Assembly: GCA_017551905.1 (NCBI GenBank)
Contig: JAFZKK010000123.1
Span: 853-64,852, forward strand
Direction: 5' to 3'
Origin: Salinivirgaceae bacterium
Lineage (GTDB): Bacteria; Bacteroidota; Bacteroidia; Bacteroidales; SZUA-534
DNA length: 64,000 nt
The notes beneath the pieces are model-generated. The model ran no database searches, was not told where the DNA came from, and saw only the letters and a list, made by a program, of their open reading frames with translations. Positions within the stretch are counted from its first letter, which is position 1; each line of letters opens with the position of its first letter. This document shows, one piece after another, positions 27,570 through 36,506 of the stretch. The position numbers were made by a program, and so were the translations under genes.

Positions 27570-30146
27570 ATGAAAAAGACAATCGCTTCAATATTATCCT
27601 TTTTGCTGGCTGTAGGCTCACTTGCGGGGCAAACAACACCTGTAATACAATGGAAAACAGGCGATTTTACAACAGAATGGGCGGAATATACATGGGATTT
27701 GTCGGAATACATTGACAACGATGTGCAAGAATATGCTGTCTTGTTTCGCTACCAAAGCGGCGGTTGCAAACTGATGGCACGTAATGCGGTTGTAAAAGTT
27801 GACGGAGAGACCATTGCCACGTTCAGCGATGAAGTAAGTTCCTGCGGAAGCGACCCATATTCGTGGACTTGGAAATGGCAAATCGGCAACCAACCCCAAA
27901 CAATGACTGTTACGGCGGAAGTCCGAACCGACGGCGGCACAAAATCTAACGGCAATATCTATGTCATAAAAAACGGCAAGCTCATAATAGACAATGTTGA
28001 AACAATCGGAACAAGCCTGTTTAAGAACAGCACAGGGTTCCGCACGGCAACTATTTCGGGCAATGTTAAAAAGATTGGAAATCAGGCATTTTATGGTTGC
28101 AACGAACTTGAGAACATTCTGATTGACGACTGTGTTGAAGAAATCGGCGAACGCTCCTTTCAACTGTGCGAAAACCTGAAAAAGGTTGAAATTCCTGGTT
28201 CTGTGAAAACGATTGGTAAATTTGCATTCTCGCATATCAATGATTTGCTGTCAGTTACAATAGCCGAAGGAGTGCGGACGATAGCCGACAACGCATTCCA
28301 GCACGCTGCCACCGACGCGACAATCCACATTCCGAATTCCGTTGACAGCATTGGCACTGGACTATCAAAAAATTTCACAATTTATTGCGATGCAGGAAGT
28401 TACATGCATAAATATTGTGCCGATAACAACCGTAATTTCCAAAAACTAATTTTCACAGGAGTTACGCCCAAATATGCACAAACAGTTACCAACTTGAATC
28501 TTTCCGCACTCGACACAATTGGCACAAACCAATTTGCAAATTGTCCGAATCTGCGTAGCGCCACATTGGGATTGTCGCTTAAAAGCATTGGCTCCGAAGC
28601 ATTTAGCGGCAGTCCGATAGTAAAAATCACGGTGTATCCTGACGTTGTTGAAATTGGCGAAAAAGCATTCCACGAGGCGACAATTATCCGAACCGTTGCC
28701 GATTCCTACGCTGAAAAATGGTGCCTTGCTAACGATTATGTTTTGAGCGGTGCAATGGCTGATTTCCACGAATATACGCTCCGCACTTCCTACGAACAAC
28801 ATATAGCGGAACAAAAAGAAGCGTTCAACCAACTGAAACAAACGAATCCTGACTGTCAATATATTATTTTCTCGGAATTGGCTGATTTACAACGCATTCT
28901 CACCAAAGATGATACGCAGGAAAACATGAAAACATATAGTTTTTGGACAAACGATATGATAATAGCCAAACGCTTGTCGGACAGCAAGATAGAAATCACT
29001 TCGTATCTGCTTGAACCCGTAAAAAACGTAACACTCACGTATGTTGGCAATGGTCAAAATCGAGAAATCGCCGTGTTCGACGAAATTCAACCATTGTCAC
29101 GCATTACGCTGAATGTCAGCAATATAAAAGAAAATTCTTTTCAGATTTCGTCGGACGACCAACTGTACAAAAAAGTGAAAGCGATACGGATGCACACGGA
29201 GATTTCGTTTATCCTGCCTGAATCCGCACCCGACGATGGTGCTTTGGGACATATTCCGCTCACACCAGTCCACGCCCGAGAGTGGATTTTCCTTTTAACA
29301 AATTATGCAAACCTCATAAGCACAGCGGATTACGAGGAAATGCTCTATTCTATGCAAGGACAACTCTTCGACGATGCACAACGGTCACATTACCTATCGG
29401 AAGATGAACTTCGGCAACTTTATGCTAATATTTTGAACTATCCGCATTTGAATGTGGGCATTATGCAAGGGGCAAACGGTCTGGCTTCGAGCAATGCACA
29501 GACGCTTGCTATAAAAGAACGGGCTTTACTCACCTTCCATAAAAAAGGCGGTGCGTTGGCGCTGGTAACGCATGAATTATCGCATTGTTTGGGCTACAAG
29601 CACGAGGACGGAAATATGGTGGTAGCCGTGAACGAGGCTGGTGAACGGGTTTCTGTAACCGATGCGGTAAATTTTTCAAGCACAGCCGATTACACCGTTA
29701 ACGAAATTGGCGACAAATGTTGGCGCATTTATCCTGATTATCACCTACTTGAAACCTACAATTTGTTTTGGAACGATTATTTCCATTTCCCAACGGAAGA
29801 AAACAAAGTTACATACCCTGAACCAAAGGTAACATACGGTGAAACGGAAGAAATCGAGGAAATTTTCATTGAGGATTACAGTGACGAAGATTATAACGAT
29901 GATGCGGACAACAACAACCAAAACCCCGAAACCTCTGTAAACGAACAATTTACCAACATAAATATCTACGCCCACGGTCGCACAATTGTGGTTGAAAACG
30001 CCAGCGATGTAATTTTTGTTTACAATGCCATGGGAAGATTGGTCGGTAGAGACGTTGCGCGCAACGTCTCTACAATAAATATCAATGATTCAGGCGTTTA
30101 TATTGTGAAAATTGGAAACTTGGCGAAGAAAATTATTGTAGAATAG
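27570..30146 (+). CDS. T9SS cargo 1: beta-rich domain + BspA-type LRR + metzincin-like protease + acidic linker + CTD
   Basis: LRR_5-type repeats (IGNQAFYGCNELENILI); HELSHCLGYKHEDGNM at 29571; CTD YNAMGRLV...GVYIVKIG..KKIIVE. Confidence 0.85.
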   Translation: MKKTIASILSFLLAVGSLAGQTTPVIQWKTGDFTTEWAEYTWDLSEYIDNDVQEYAVLFRYQSGGCKLMARNAVVKVDGETIATFSDEVSSCGSDPYSWTWKWQIGNQPQTMTVTAEVRTDGGTKSNGNIYVIKNGKLIIDNVETIGTSLFKNSTGFRTATISGNVKKIGNQAFYGCNELENILIDDCVEEIGERSFQLCENLKKVEIPGSVKTIGKFAFSHINDLLSVTIAEGVRTIADNAFQHAATDATIHIPNSVDSIGTGLSKNFTIYCDAGSYMHKYCADNNRNFQKLIFTGVTPKYAQTVTNLNLSALDTIGTNQFANCPNLRSATLGLSLKSIGSEAFSGSPIVKITVYPDVVEIGEKAFHEATIIRTVADSYAEKWCLANDYVLSGAMADFHEYTLRTSYEQHIAEQKEAFNQLKQTNPDCQYIIFSELADLQRILTKDDTQENMKTYSFWTNDMIIAKRLSDSKIEITSYLLEPVKNVTLTYVGNGQNREIAVFDEIQPLSRITLNVSNIKENSFQISSDDQLYKKVKAIRMHTEISFILPESAPDDGALGHIPLTPVHAREWIFLLTNYANLISTADYEEMLYSMQGQLFDDAQRSHYLSEDELRQLYANILNYPHLNVGIMQGANGLASSNAQTLAIKERALLTFHKKGGALALVTHELSHCLGYKHEDGNMVVAVNEAGERVSVTDAVNFSSTADYTVNEIGDKCWRIYPDYHLLETYNLFWNDYFHFPTEENKVTYPEPKVTYGETEEIEEIFIEDYSDEDYNDDADNNNQNPETSVNEQFTNINIYAHGRTIVVENASDVIFVYNAMGRLVGRDVARNVSTININDSGVYIVKIGNLAKKIIVE
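30046..30073. repeat. GTAG-type REP-like perfect palindrome inside the CTD coding region
   Basis: GTAGAGACGTTGCG|CGCAACGTCTCTAC is its own reverse complement (28 bp). Confidence 0.85.
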
Positions 30147-30149
30147 AAC

Positions 30150-33100
30150 ATGAAAAAGATATTCGCTTCAATACTATCGTTTTTGCTGGCAGTTTGCTCG
30201 CTTTCGGCACAAACGATTATCGACAGCGTTCTGTATATTGCCGAAGGCACAAAAACAATTGTGACCGATGCCTATCGCGAGAACAACGATTTCAACAAAG
30301 TGGTGATTCCTCAATCGGTTACGAAGATTCAGGGCAATGCGTTTTTCAAATGCGAAAATCTTCGGGAAGTTGTTATTCCTGATGGAGTTACGTCGATGGG
30401 ACAACAGATTTTCTGGGGTTGCAAATCGTTGGAGAAAGTGAACCTTCCGACAGGCATAAGCGAGATTCCGCTGCGGTGCTTTCAAGGCTGTACGTCGCTG
30501 AAAACCATTGCGATACCCGATAATATCAAAACTATTGGAAGCCACGCCTTCTATAATAGTGGTATCGAGCAACTTACAATCCCCGAAAGTGTTACCGCAA
30601 TCAACAAGAATGCCCTCAACACTTCGAGCCTGAAAACCATTGAAATACCCGAATCGGTGACGGAACTTGGCGAACTTGTGTTCAACAAAAATACGGTAAT
30701 CAGCACCAAGAACGAATATGTGCGAAACTATGTGCTTGAAAACGAATATCAACTCGCTGATAGTTATACGATTACCGATGGCGTGCTTGTCGTCCAAGAA
30801 GGAATAAAAACAATTTCTGAAAACATGTTCCGTGGCAACCGCGAGATTACAGAAATCAAGCTGCCGCTGACGTGCGAAAAGATTTGTCAATATGCGTTCG
30901 CTGAAATGCCGTTCCTCATGAAAATCAGCGGATTGGACAACGTGAAAACCATTGAGCGGAGCGTGTTCTACAAATGTTGGAATCTTGCCGAGGTATCGAC
31001 TTTGCAAAAAGTTGAATCTATTGGAATCAATGCGTTCAAACATTGCACACGGCTACGCAGTCTGTACGTGCCGCCAACGCTTACCTCAATCGGTAGCGAG
31101 GCGTTTTATGGCAACACGGTCATTGTGGCCGATGAAAATTCGTATGTACGGCAATGGTTGTCGGATGCCACAAACTGCCCACATTTCACCATTCTGACGA
31201 AACTTCCTGAAAATGAGCAAGAAAGTGATTCGCGCAATATTGATTTCTTTTGCGAAACTGGTTGGAGCCAGTCCGATTTTTTGCTCGATGCAATTCCGTC
31301 GCCTGGTGTTGAACGGCTTGGCTGTTGGTGTACGGCACTCTCGCAAATGCTTTATAATCTGAAAGTTGTACCAACAGGAACAACAGATTATCTGTATAAA
31401 AATTACGGCACGACAACAACGGTCGATTTCGATGCGGAACAAATTGATTTCTCGAAAATCCTGAAAGAACTCGATGGGAACGCTTCAGTTGAAGAAAAGC
31501 GAATGACCTCGCTCTATTGCTGGTATTGCCTTGCCGCAATGGGTGCGAAACACAATAGTTCGGCGTTTCGCAATACACTCGAAACGTATTATCCTGTCAA
31601 GACTTCGCAAATTTATTCGTCGGCAGGACGAGAGCAAGTCGAGTCGTTTTTGCTTGAACATTTGCAAAATAAGCGTATTGTGATGGCATACCGCGAAGGC
31701 AGTGGCACGGGGCACGCCATGTGCATTGATGGTATCCGCTTTGTTGGCGGCACCACATATGTGCATTTCAACTGGGGTTGGGGACACACAAGCGATGGCT
31801 GGTACGACCTTTGGGATGTGTGGAATACGGCTGTCGTTCTACTCGATGAGCCGTCGTTTTACCTGATGGGAATCGAGAAAAGCGAAGAGAATAATGGCGG
31901 CGGCAACACACAAAATATGGACTATCCAGAACAAAGCTCAACATGTTGGGAATCAGGCGATTTTACGATAGATTGGACTACCTATATTTGGAAATTCAAC
32001 AACAACGATTTGGTCAAAGGCGAAAATCTTATCAGTTTCACATATACCGATGGCAACACATTGAGCATGAAAGATGCCGAAATTTATGCCGACGGCAAAC
32101 TAATCTCATTTGATGAGGCAGAATACACTGCCGACAAAAAACAAACGATACTGTATAATTTCACATTGGGATTTATTCCTAACCAAATCATTATCAAGGC
32201 ACAAGCCCACACCAACGATGGGATAAACTCAAGTGGAACTATCGGCATGAATTTGCCAGAATACAGCGCTCCTGCCGATAAAGTAATGAAGTTCCAACAA
32301 TTCAAAACCGCCGACGGGAAGGGCGTAATTGGCTGTTACACAAATATTCCGCTTTACACGGAATATGAGCAGATTGAGCGTTTGGTGATTAACTGCCACG
32401 GTTCGCCACCATTGCCCGATGAATTTTTCAAAACAGCCTACGAGCAACTTGCCTCATACGGTTCCAATTGTTTGCGGACGTCGTTGATTGTCGCTCCGTG
32501 GTTCTATTCAAAAGCAACAATCACAACTGATTGGCTCGATAACATGATTTTCTTTGCTGGCGAGCAATCGTCGGGAGCGAGCAATTCTATGTTGATAGAC
32601 GAAACGCAAATCAATCTTTCGGCATTCGATTATCTCGACCAAATTATTGAATATGTGCTGTCGTCGAGCGATTTTCCGAATGTCAAGGAAGTTTGGGTGA
32701 TGGGAATGAGTGCTGGCGGACGGCTGATGCAACGCTACTCAATGCTGAACGCCGTTCAAAACAATTATCCGACGATTGATTTCAAATATGTGTGCAAAGC
32801 CATTCCCGACTATCTGCACCCCAACAAGGACGCACTTTCCACCTCTGAAATACAGAGTTATATGGAACGAAACAATTTGTCGCCCGAAAACGTGATTGAG
32901 CAATATAAAACGAGAAAAATCCTTTACATAACTGGCACAAAAGACAACCAACAGTATTTGGACAATATGGATGCTTTTGAGCTGAACGTCAAAGAATTAT
33001 GTGGTGATAATTACAACGAAACAAAGTTGTTTTACAAACTTGACGGTGCTGGTCATTCCGAGCCTTCGCTGACTAAAAGTGAGTTGGTTAAAGAATTTTT

Positions 33101-33359
33101 GTGGGGAGAAAACAGCGAGGAAAACAACAAGCCAAACCCCGAAACCTCTGTAACCGAACAATTTGCCAACATAAATATCTACGCCCAAGGCCACACCATT
33201 GTTGTTGAAAATGCCACCGACGAAATCCGCGTTTATGATGTTATGGGGCGGTTGGTTGGTAGAGACGTTGCGCGCAACGTCTCCACAATAAATATCAATG
33301 ATTCAGGTGTTTATATTGTGAAAATTGGTGGATTGGCGAAGAAGATTATTGTAGAATAA
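30150..33359 (+). CDS. T9SS cargo 2: two LRR blocks + peptidase C10 + beta-rich domain + alpha/beta hydrolase + CTD
   Basis: C10 motifs WSQ, LGCWCTALSQ, GHAMCIDG, HFNWGWG; hydrolase motifs GMSAGG, GTKD, GAGH; CTD. Confidence 0.85.
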   Translation: MKKIFASILSFLLAVCSLSAQTIIDSVLYIAEGTKTIVTDAYRENNDFNKVVIPQSVTKIQGNAFFKCENLREVVIPDGVTSMGQQIFWGCKSLEKVNLPTGISEIPLRCFQGCTSLKTIAIPDNIKTIGSHAFYNSGIEQLTIPESVTAINKNALNTSSLKTIEIPESVTELGELVFNKNTVISTKNEYVRNYVLENEYQLADSYTITDGVLVVQEGIKTISENMFRGNREITEIKLPLTCEKICQYAFAEMPFLMKISGLDNVKTIERSVFYKCWNLAEVSTLQKVESIGINAFKHCTRLRSLYVPPTLTSIGSEAFYGNTVIVADENSYVRQWLSDATNCPHFTILTKLPENEQESDSRNIDFFCETGWSQSDFLLDAIPSPGVERLGCWCTALSQMLYNLKVVPTGTTDYLYKNYGTTTTVDFDAEQIDFSKILKELDGNASVEEKRMTSLYCWYCLAAMGAKHNSSAFRNTLETYYPVKTSQIYSSAGREQVESFLLEHLQNKRIVMAYREGSGTGHAMCIDGIRFVGGTTYVHFNWGWGHTSDGWYDLWDVWNTAVVLLDEPSFYLMGIEKSEENNGGGNTQNMDYPEQSSTCWESGDFTIDWTTYIWKFNNNDLVKGENLISFTYTDGNTLSMKDAEIYADGKLISFDEAEYTADKKQTILYNFTLGFIPNQIIIKAQAHTNDGINSSGTIGMNLPEYSAPADKVMKFQQFKTADGKGVIGCYTNIPLYTEYEQIERLVINCHGSPPLPDEFFKTAYEQLASYGSNCLRTSLIVAPWFYSKATITTDWLDNMIFFAGEQSSGASNSMLIDETQINLSAFDYLDQIIEYVLSSSDFPNVKEVWVMGMSAGGRLMQRYSMLNAVQNNYPTIDFKYVCKAIPDYLHPNKDALSTSEIQSYMERNNLSPENVIEQYKTRKILYITGTKDNQQYLDNMDAFELNVKELCGDNYNETKLFYKLDGAGHSEPSLTKSELVKEFLWGENSEENNKPNPETSVTEQFANINIYAQGHTIVVENATDEIRVYDVMGRLVGRDVARNVSTININDSGVYIVKIGGLAKKIIVE
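33259..33286. repeat. GTAG-type REP-like palindrome inside the CTD coding region
   Basis: GTAGAGACGTTGCGCGCAACGTCTCCAC, one mismatch from the 30046 copy. Confidence 0.85.
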
Positions 33360-33362
33360 AAC

Positions 33363-35660
33363 ATGAGAAAGATATTCGCTTCAATACTATCCTTTTTGCT
33401 GGCAGTTGGCTCGCTTGTGGCACAAACGATTATTGACAGTGTTCTCTATATTGACGAAGGCACAACCGAAATTCCAAACTGGGAATATCGTGGACAAACT
33501 GACTTCACAAGCGTTGTATTGCCGTCGTCATTGACACGAATCGGGCAAAATGCGTTTCGCGAAACAAATTTGAAAACGGTAATCGTCCCCGAAGGTGTGA
33601 AAACGGTTGACAATCAAGCATTTTATCAATGCAAGGAGTTGGAAGAAATTTCGTTTCCTTCAACGGTTGAAGCCATTCCGTATGCGTGTTTCACAAGTTC
33701 CGAAAAGTTGAGCAAAGTCATTATAAATGAAGGAGTTAAAGAGATTGGCGAATATGCTTTCAATAATTGTGTTTCGCTTACGGAAATAAAAATCCCTGGC
33801 AGTGTAAAGAAAATTGGCGACATGGCTTTTAGAAATTGCACTGGCATTGAAGGACTTACATTGGACGAAGGCATTGAGGAAATTGGTCGTGAGGCGTTTT
33901 CGTCGTGCAGTAACTTGATGGAAATTGTGATTCCCGAAAGTGTGAAAACCATTGGTTATTTGGCATTTTCGAAAAATACGACACTCATTGTAACCGCTGG
34001 TTCCGAGGCTCACAAGTACGCCGTGGAAAACAATTACAAATTCGAGGCTGTGGGCGACGGTGAACTGAATCTTGAAGAATTAACCTTAACAGTTGATAAG
34101 TTACTGGCAGACAATGAATTTATGCATTTCGCCAATGTGCATACGCCACAATCGGAGACTGTGTATGCTGTGGGCGACAATGGCCCTGGCGGAGGAAAAA
34201 TATTTTATGCTAACGAGGCTAACAGCACTTATCTCGAAGTGAAACTGTTGGATGGAACTTTCGATTGGGATGCAGCAAAAACTGCCGCTTTGAACGAAAA
34301 CGGCGGCGGATTTTCCGATTGGCGGCCACCTTCGTCCGAAGAATTAACGCTGATTTACAACGAGAAAGACAATCTTGGGATTGATTTTGGCTCAACACGT
34401 TACTGGTCATTGACTCGCGACGGGCTGAAAAACTCGCCATACGTCTGGTTCATGGATTTTGCCGATGGGAAAACATATCATAACAGTACCGATGGACTTT
34501 CGGCGCAATATGGAGTGGCAATTGTCCGCACAGTTTCCGAAAATCTTGTCGCGGAAGCTGACGGCGACCGCTATGAATTGAGTCCGTATCTGGGCATGTG
34601 GAATCATACCGACGCTCTTGTGGTTGCCCAAGCCTACTCTCAAATAACTGGCGAAGAATGGACTTTGCCGACGGTCAATCAAATGTCAGTTTTCAAAAAA
34701 ACGGGTGTGGTTTCGGAACCGCACAATGGCTCGTACTGGATGAACAATGGCGACAGCGAGAACTCGTCGTATTTTGAATTGCCAAACGGAACATACGGCA
34801 AAAGTGCGTCGGAGAAGGTTAGGTACATTCGTTTGATAAAAGTTTCAAATGCTTCTGATGTAAGCAATTGCGTATTTTTGAATTTAAAAACGCATTGGAA
34901 CCAAAATGGTGACTACAGGCTTGCCTTTACCGATGACACATTTATGGGTTGCGGCAACCTTGCCATTGCGCAAATTCTTCTGTATCACAAACTTCTGCCG
35001 AAAAACATGACAATCGACCTATCGAAAGTTGAGAACGAACTGACGGAGAACACGCCGCAGGAAAACAAACTTGAAACTTCACGTTACATTTATGCCGTGT
35101 CGTCGAAAAAAGTGGTTGAGAACTTCGATGTTGAGCGCAATGTTTATGAATATCCGTCGGAAATTAAGAAGGCAGAAATGGAGCAACTAATTGATAATGA
35201 GATTTCTGAAAACCGTCCGATGATGATTCATTGCTACACTGCCGACAAGAGCCGCGACCACGCCATAGTGGTTGACGGCGCACGATATGTTGGCGGCAAA
35301 TTTCAGGTTCATTTGCTCTTTGGTTGGGACGGCGACTACGATGGCTGGTTCTACCTTTGGGAACCGATAAACACCACAATGATGAATCTTGACAACGAGT
35401 ATCGCGGAATTGAAACGTATGTGCCGAAAAATGGCACCGAAACCTCTGTAACCGAACAATTTGCCAATATAAATATCTACGCCCATGGCCGCACCATTGT
35501 GGTTGAAAACGCCCAAGACGAAATCCGCGTTTATGATGTTATGGGGCGGTTGGTTTGTAGGGATGCGATTCATCGCGTCTGCACACGAATAACCGTCAAT
35601 GATTCAGGCATTTATATTGTGAAAATTGGTAATTTGGCGAAGAAAATCCGTATAGATTAA
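33363..35660 (+). CDS. T9SS cargo 3: LRR + DUF1566/Lcl-like (CLec-type) domains + peptidase C10 + CTD
   Basis: YAVGDNGPGGGKIFY, DWRPPSSEEL and YWS motifs; C10 motifs WNQ, MGCGNLAIAQ, DHAIVVDG, FGWDGDYDGWF; CTD. Confidence 0.82.
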   Translation: MRKIFASILSFLLAVGSLVAQTIIDSVLYIDEGTTEIPNWEYRGQTDFTSVVLPSSLTRIGQNAFRETNLKTVIVPEGVKTVDNQAFYQCKELEEISFPSTVEAIPYACFTSSEKLSKVIINEGVKEIGEYAFNNCVSLTEIKIPGSVKKIGDMAFRNCTGIEGLTLDEGIEEIGREAFSSCSNLMEIVIPESVKTIGYLAFSKNTTLIVTAGSEAHKYAVENNYKFEAVGDGELNLEELTLTVDKLLADNEFMHFANVHTPQSETVYAVGDNGPGGGKIFYANEANSTYLEVKLLDGTFDWDAAKTAALNENGGGFSDWRPPSSEELTLIYNEKDNLGIDFGSTRYWSLTRDGLKNSPYVWFMDFADGKTYHNSTDGLSAQYGVAIVRTVSENLVAEADGDRYELSPYLGMWNHTDALVVAQAYSQITGEEWTLPTVNQMSVFKKTGVVSEPHNGSYWMNNGDSENSSYFELPNGTYGKSASEKVRYIRLIKVSNASDVSNCVFLNLKTHWNQNGDYRLAFTDDTFMGCGNLAIAQILLYHKLLPKNMTIDLSKVENELTENTPQENKLETSRYIYAVSSKKVVENFDVERNVYEYPSEIKKAEMEQLIDNEISENRPMMIHCYTADKSRDHAIVVDGARYVGGKFQVHLLFGWDGDYDGWFYLWEPINTTMMNLDNEYRGIETYVPKNGTETSVTEQFANINIYAHGRTIVVENAQDEIRVYDVMGRLVCRDAIHRVCTRITVNDSGIYIVKIGNLAKKIRID
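35557..35584. repeat. Second type of GTAG REP-like imperfect palindrome at the same CTD position
   Basis: GTAGGGATGCGATTCATCGCGTCTGCAC; stem GGATGCGAT/ATCGCGTCT with G-T pairs. Confidence 0.65.
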
Positions 35661-35672
35661 TTTCAAGAATAT

Positions 35673-36410
35673 ATGAGACCTTTTAAGAAAGAAAATACAA
35701 TACGCACTATCTCGTTCAAACATGAGAAAATTACCAAAATTGGACTGTTGATTTTGCAGTTATGCTGTTTGGCAATTTTGTTGATTATAAGGCCGCATTT
35801 AGACTCTGATAAACTGGCTTTGGTAATCTATACGACATTTGGATTTGGATGGTTTTCTGGTTTGCTGTTCGGACTTTTTGAGCAAAAAACGGTAAAACTC
35901 TATTCCATTATTTCAATGTGCCTCGTTCTTGTTGTCGTACTCGGAATTTCTCTTTGGGATAGCAGAAGCACAACGTTAGATACGTCTCTGATTATTATTT
36001 TAATGCTATTGTTTGTGTTGGCTTGGAGACTATGTTGGACATTCTTATTGCCTTCGAGCATCGTTCTAGCATCCATATCGTCAATCTCCACGATTTGCCA
36101 AATATTGATTTTATATGGTTTTGGTTTGCCTTCTTCAGTTTATTACGCAGTGGCAACAATAATGCTGGATATTTGGTATCTTTGGCTTATAAGCCAAAAA
36201 GAATCTGGCCTGCATTTTTACTCCAGTGTTGTTGTTTTTATATTATATTATTTGTTCTTTGGGCTCGATGTGCAATTCTATTTAGATTTGCTTCTAACTT
36301 CCTTAATAATTATGATATGTTTCAATGACGAGCTCGATAAGTCATGGTGGATTCTCGGTACAATGCTACTTACTGGAGCAATTTTCGGTGTGGATTATTT
36401 CTTTAGTTAA
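35673..36410 (+). CDS. AT-rich multi-pass membrane protein of unknown function
   Basis: About 8-9 hydrophobic helices, no recognisable motif; starts 12 bp after cargo 3. Confidence 0.65.
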   Translation: MRPFKKENTIRTISFKHEKITKIGLLILQLCCLAILLIIRPHLDSDKLALVIYTTFGFGWFSGLLFGLFEQKTVKLYSIISMCLVLVVVLGISLWDSRSTTLDTSLIIILMLLFVLAWRLCWTFLLPSSIVLASISSISTICQILILYGFGLPSSVYYAVATIMLDIWYLWLISQKESGLHFYSSVVVFILYYLFFGLDVQFYLDLLLTSLIIMICFNDELDKSWWILGTMLLTGAIFGVDYFFS

Positions 36411-36473
36411 GAATTAGATTGCAATATGTATGACGTGGTACGATGTTTCACATAGTGCTAAATATAAATGAAG

Positions 36474-36481
36474 TAACTTTG
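36474..36481 (+). promoter_or_regulatory. -7 promoter element for cargo 4
   Basis: TAACTTTG 25 nt upstream of ATG 36507. Confidence 0.5.
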
Positions 36482-36506
36482 GATGATTTATTTTAAGAGG
36501 TTGGAA

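Noticed and set aside
33363-35660. Diversity-generating retroelement at the CLec-like domain
   Set aside because: No reverse transcriptase and no template/variable repeat pair with adenine-specific differences seen in this window.
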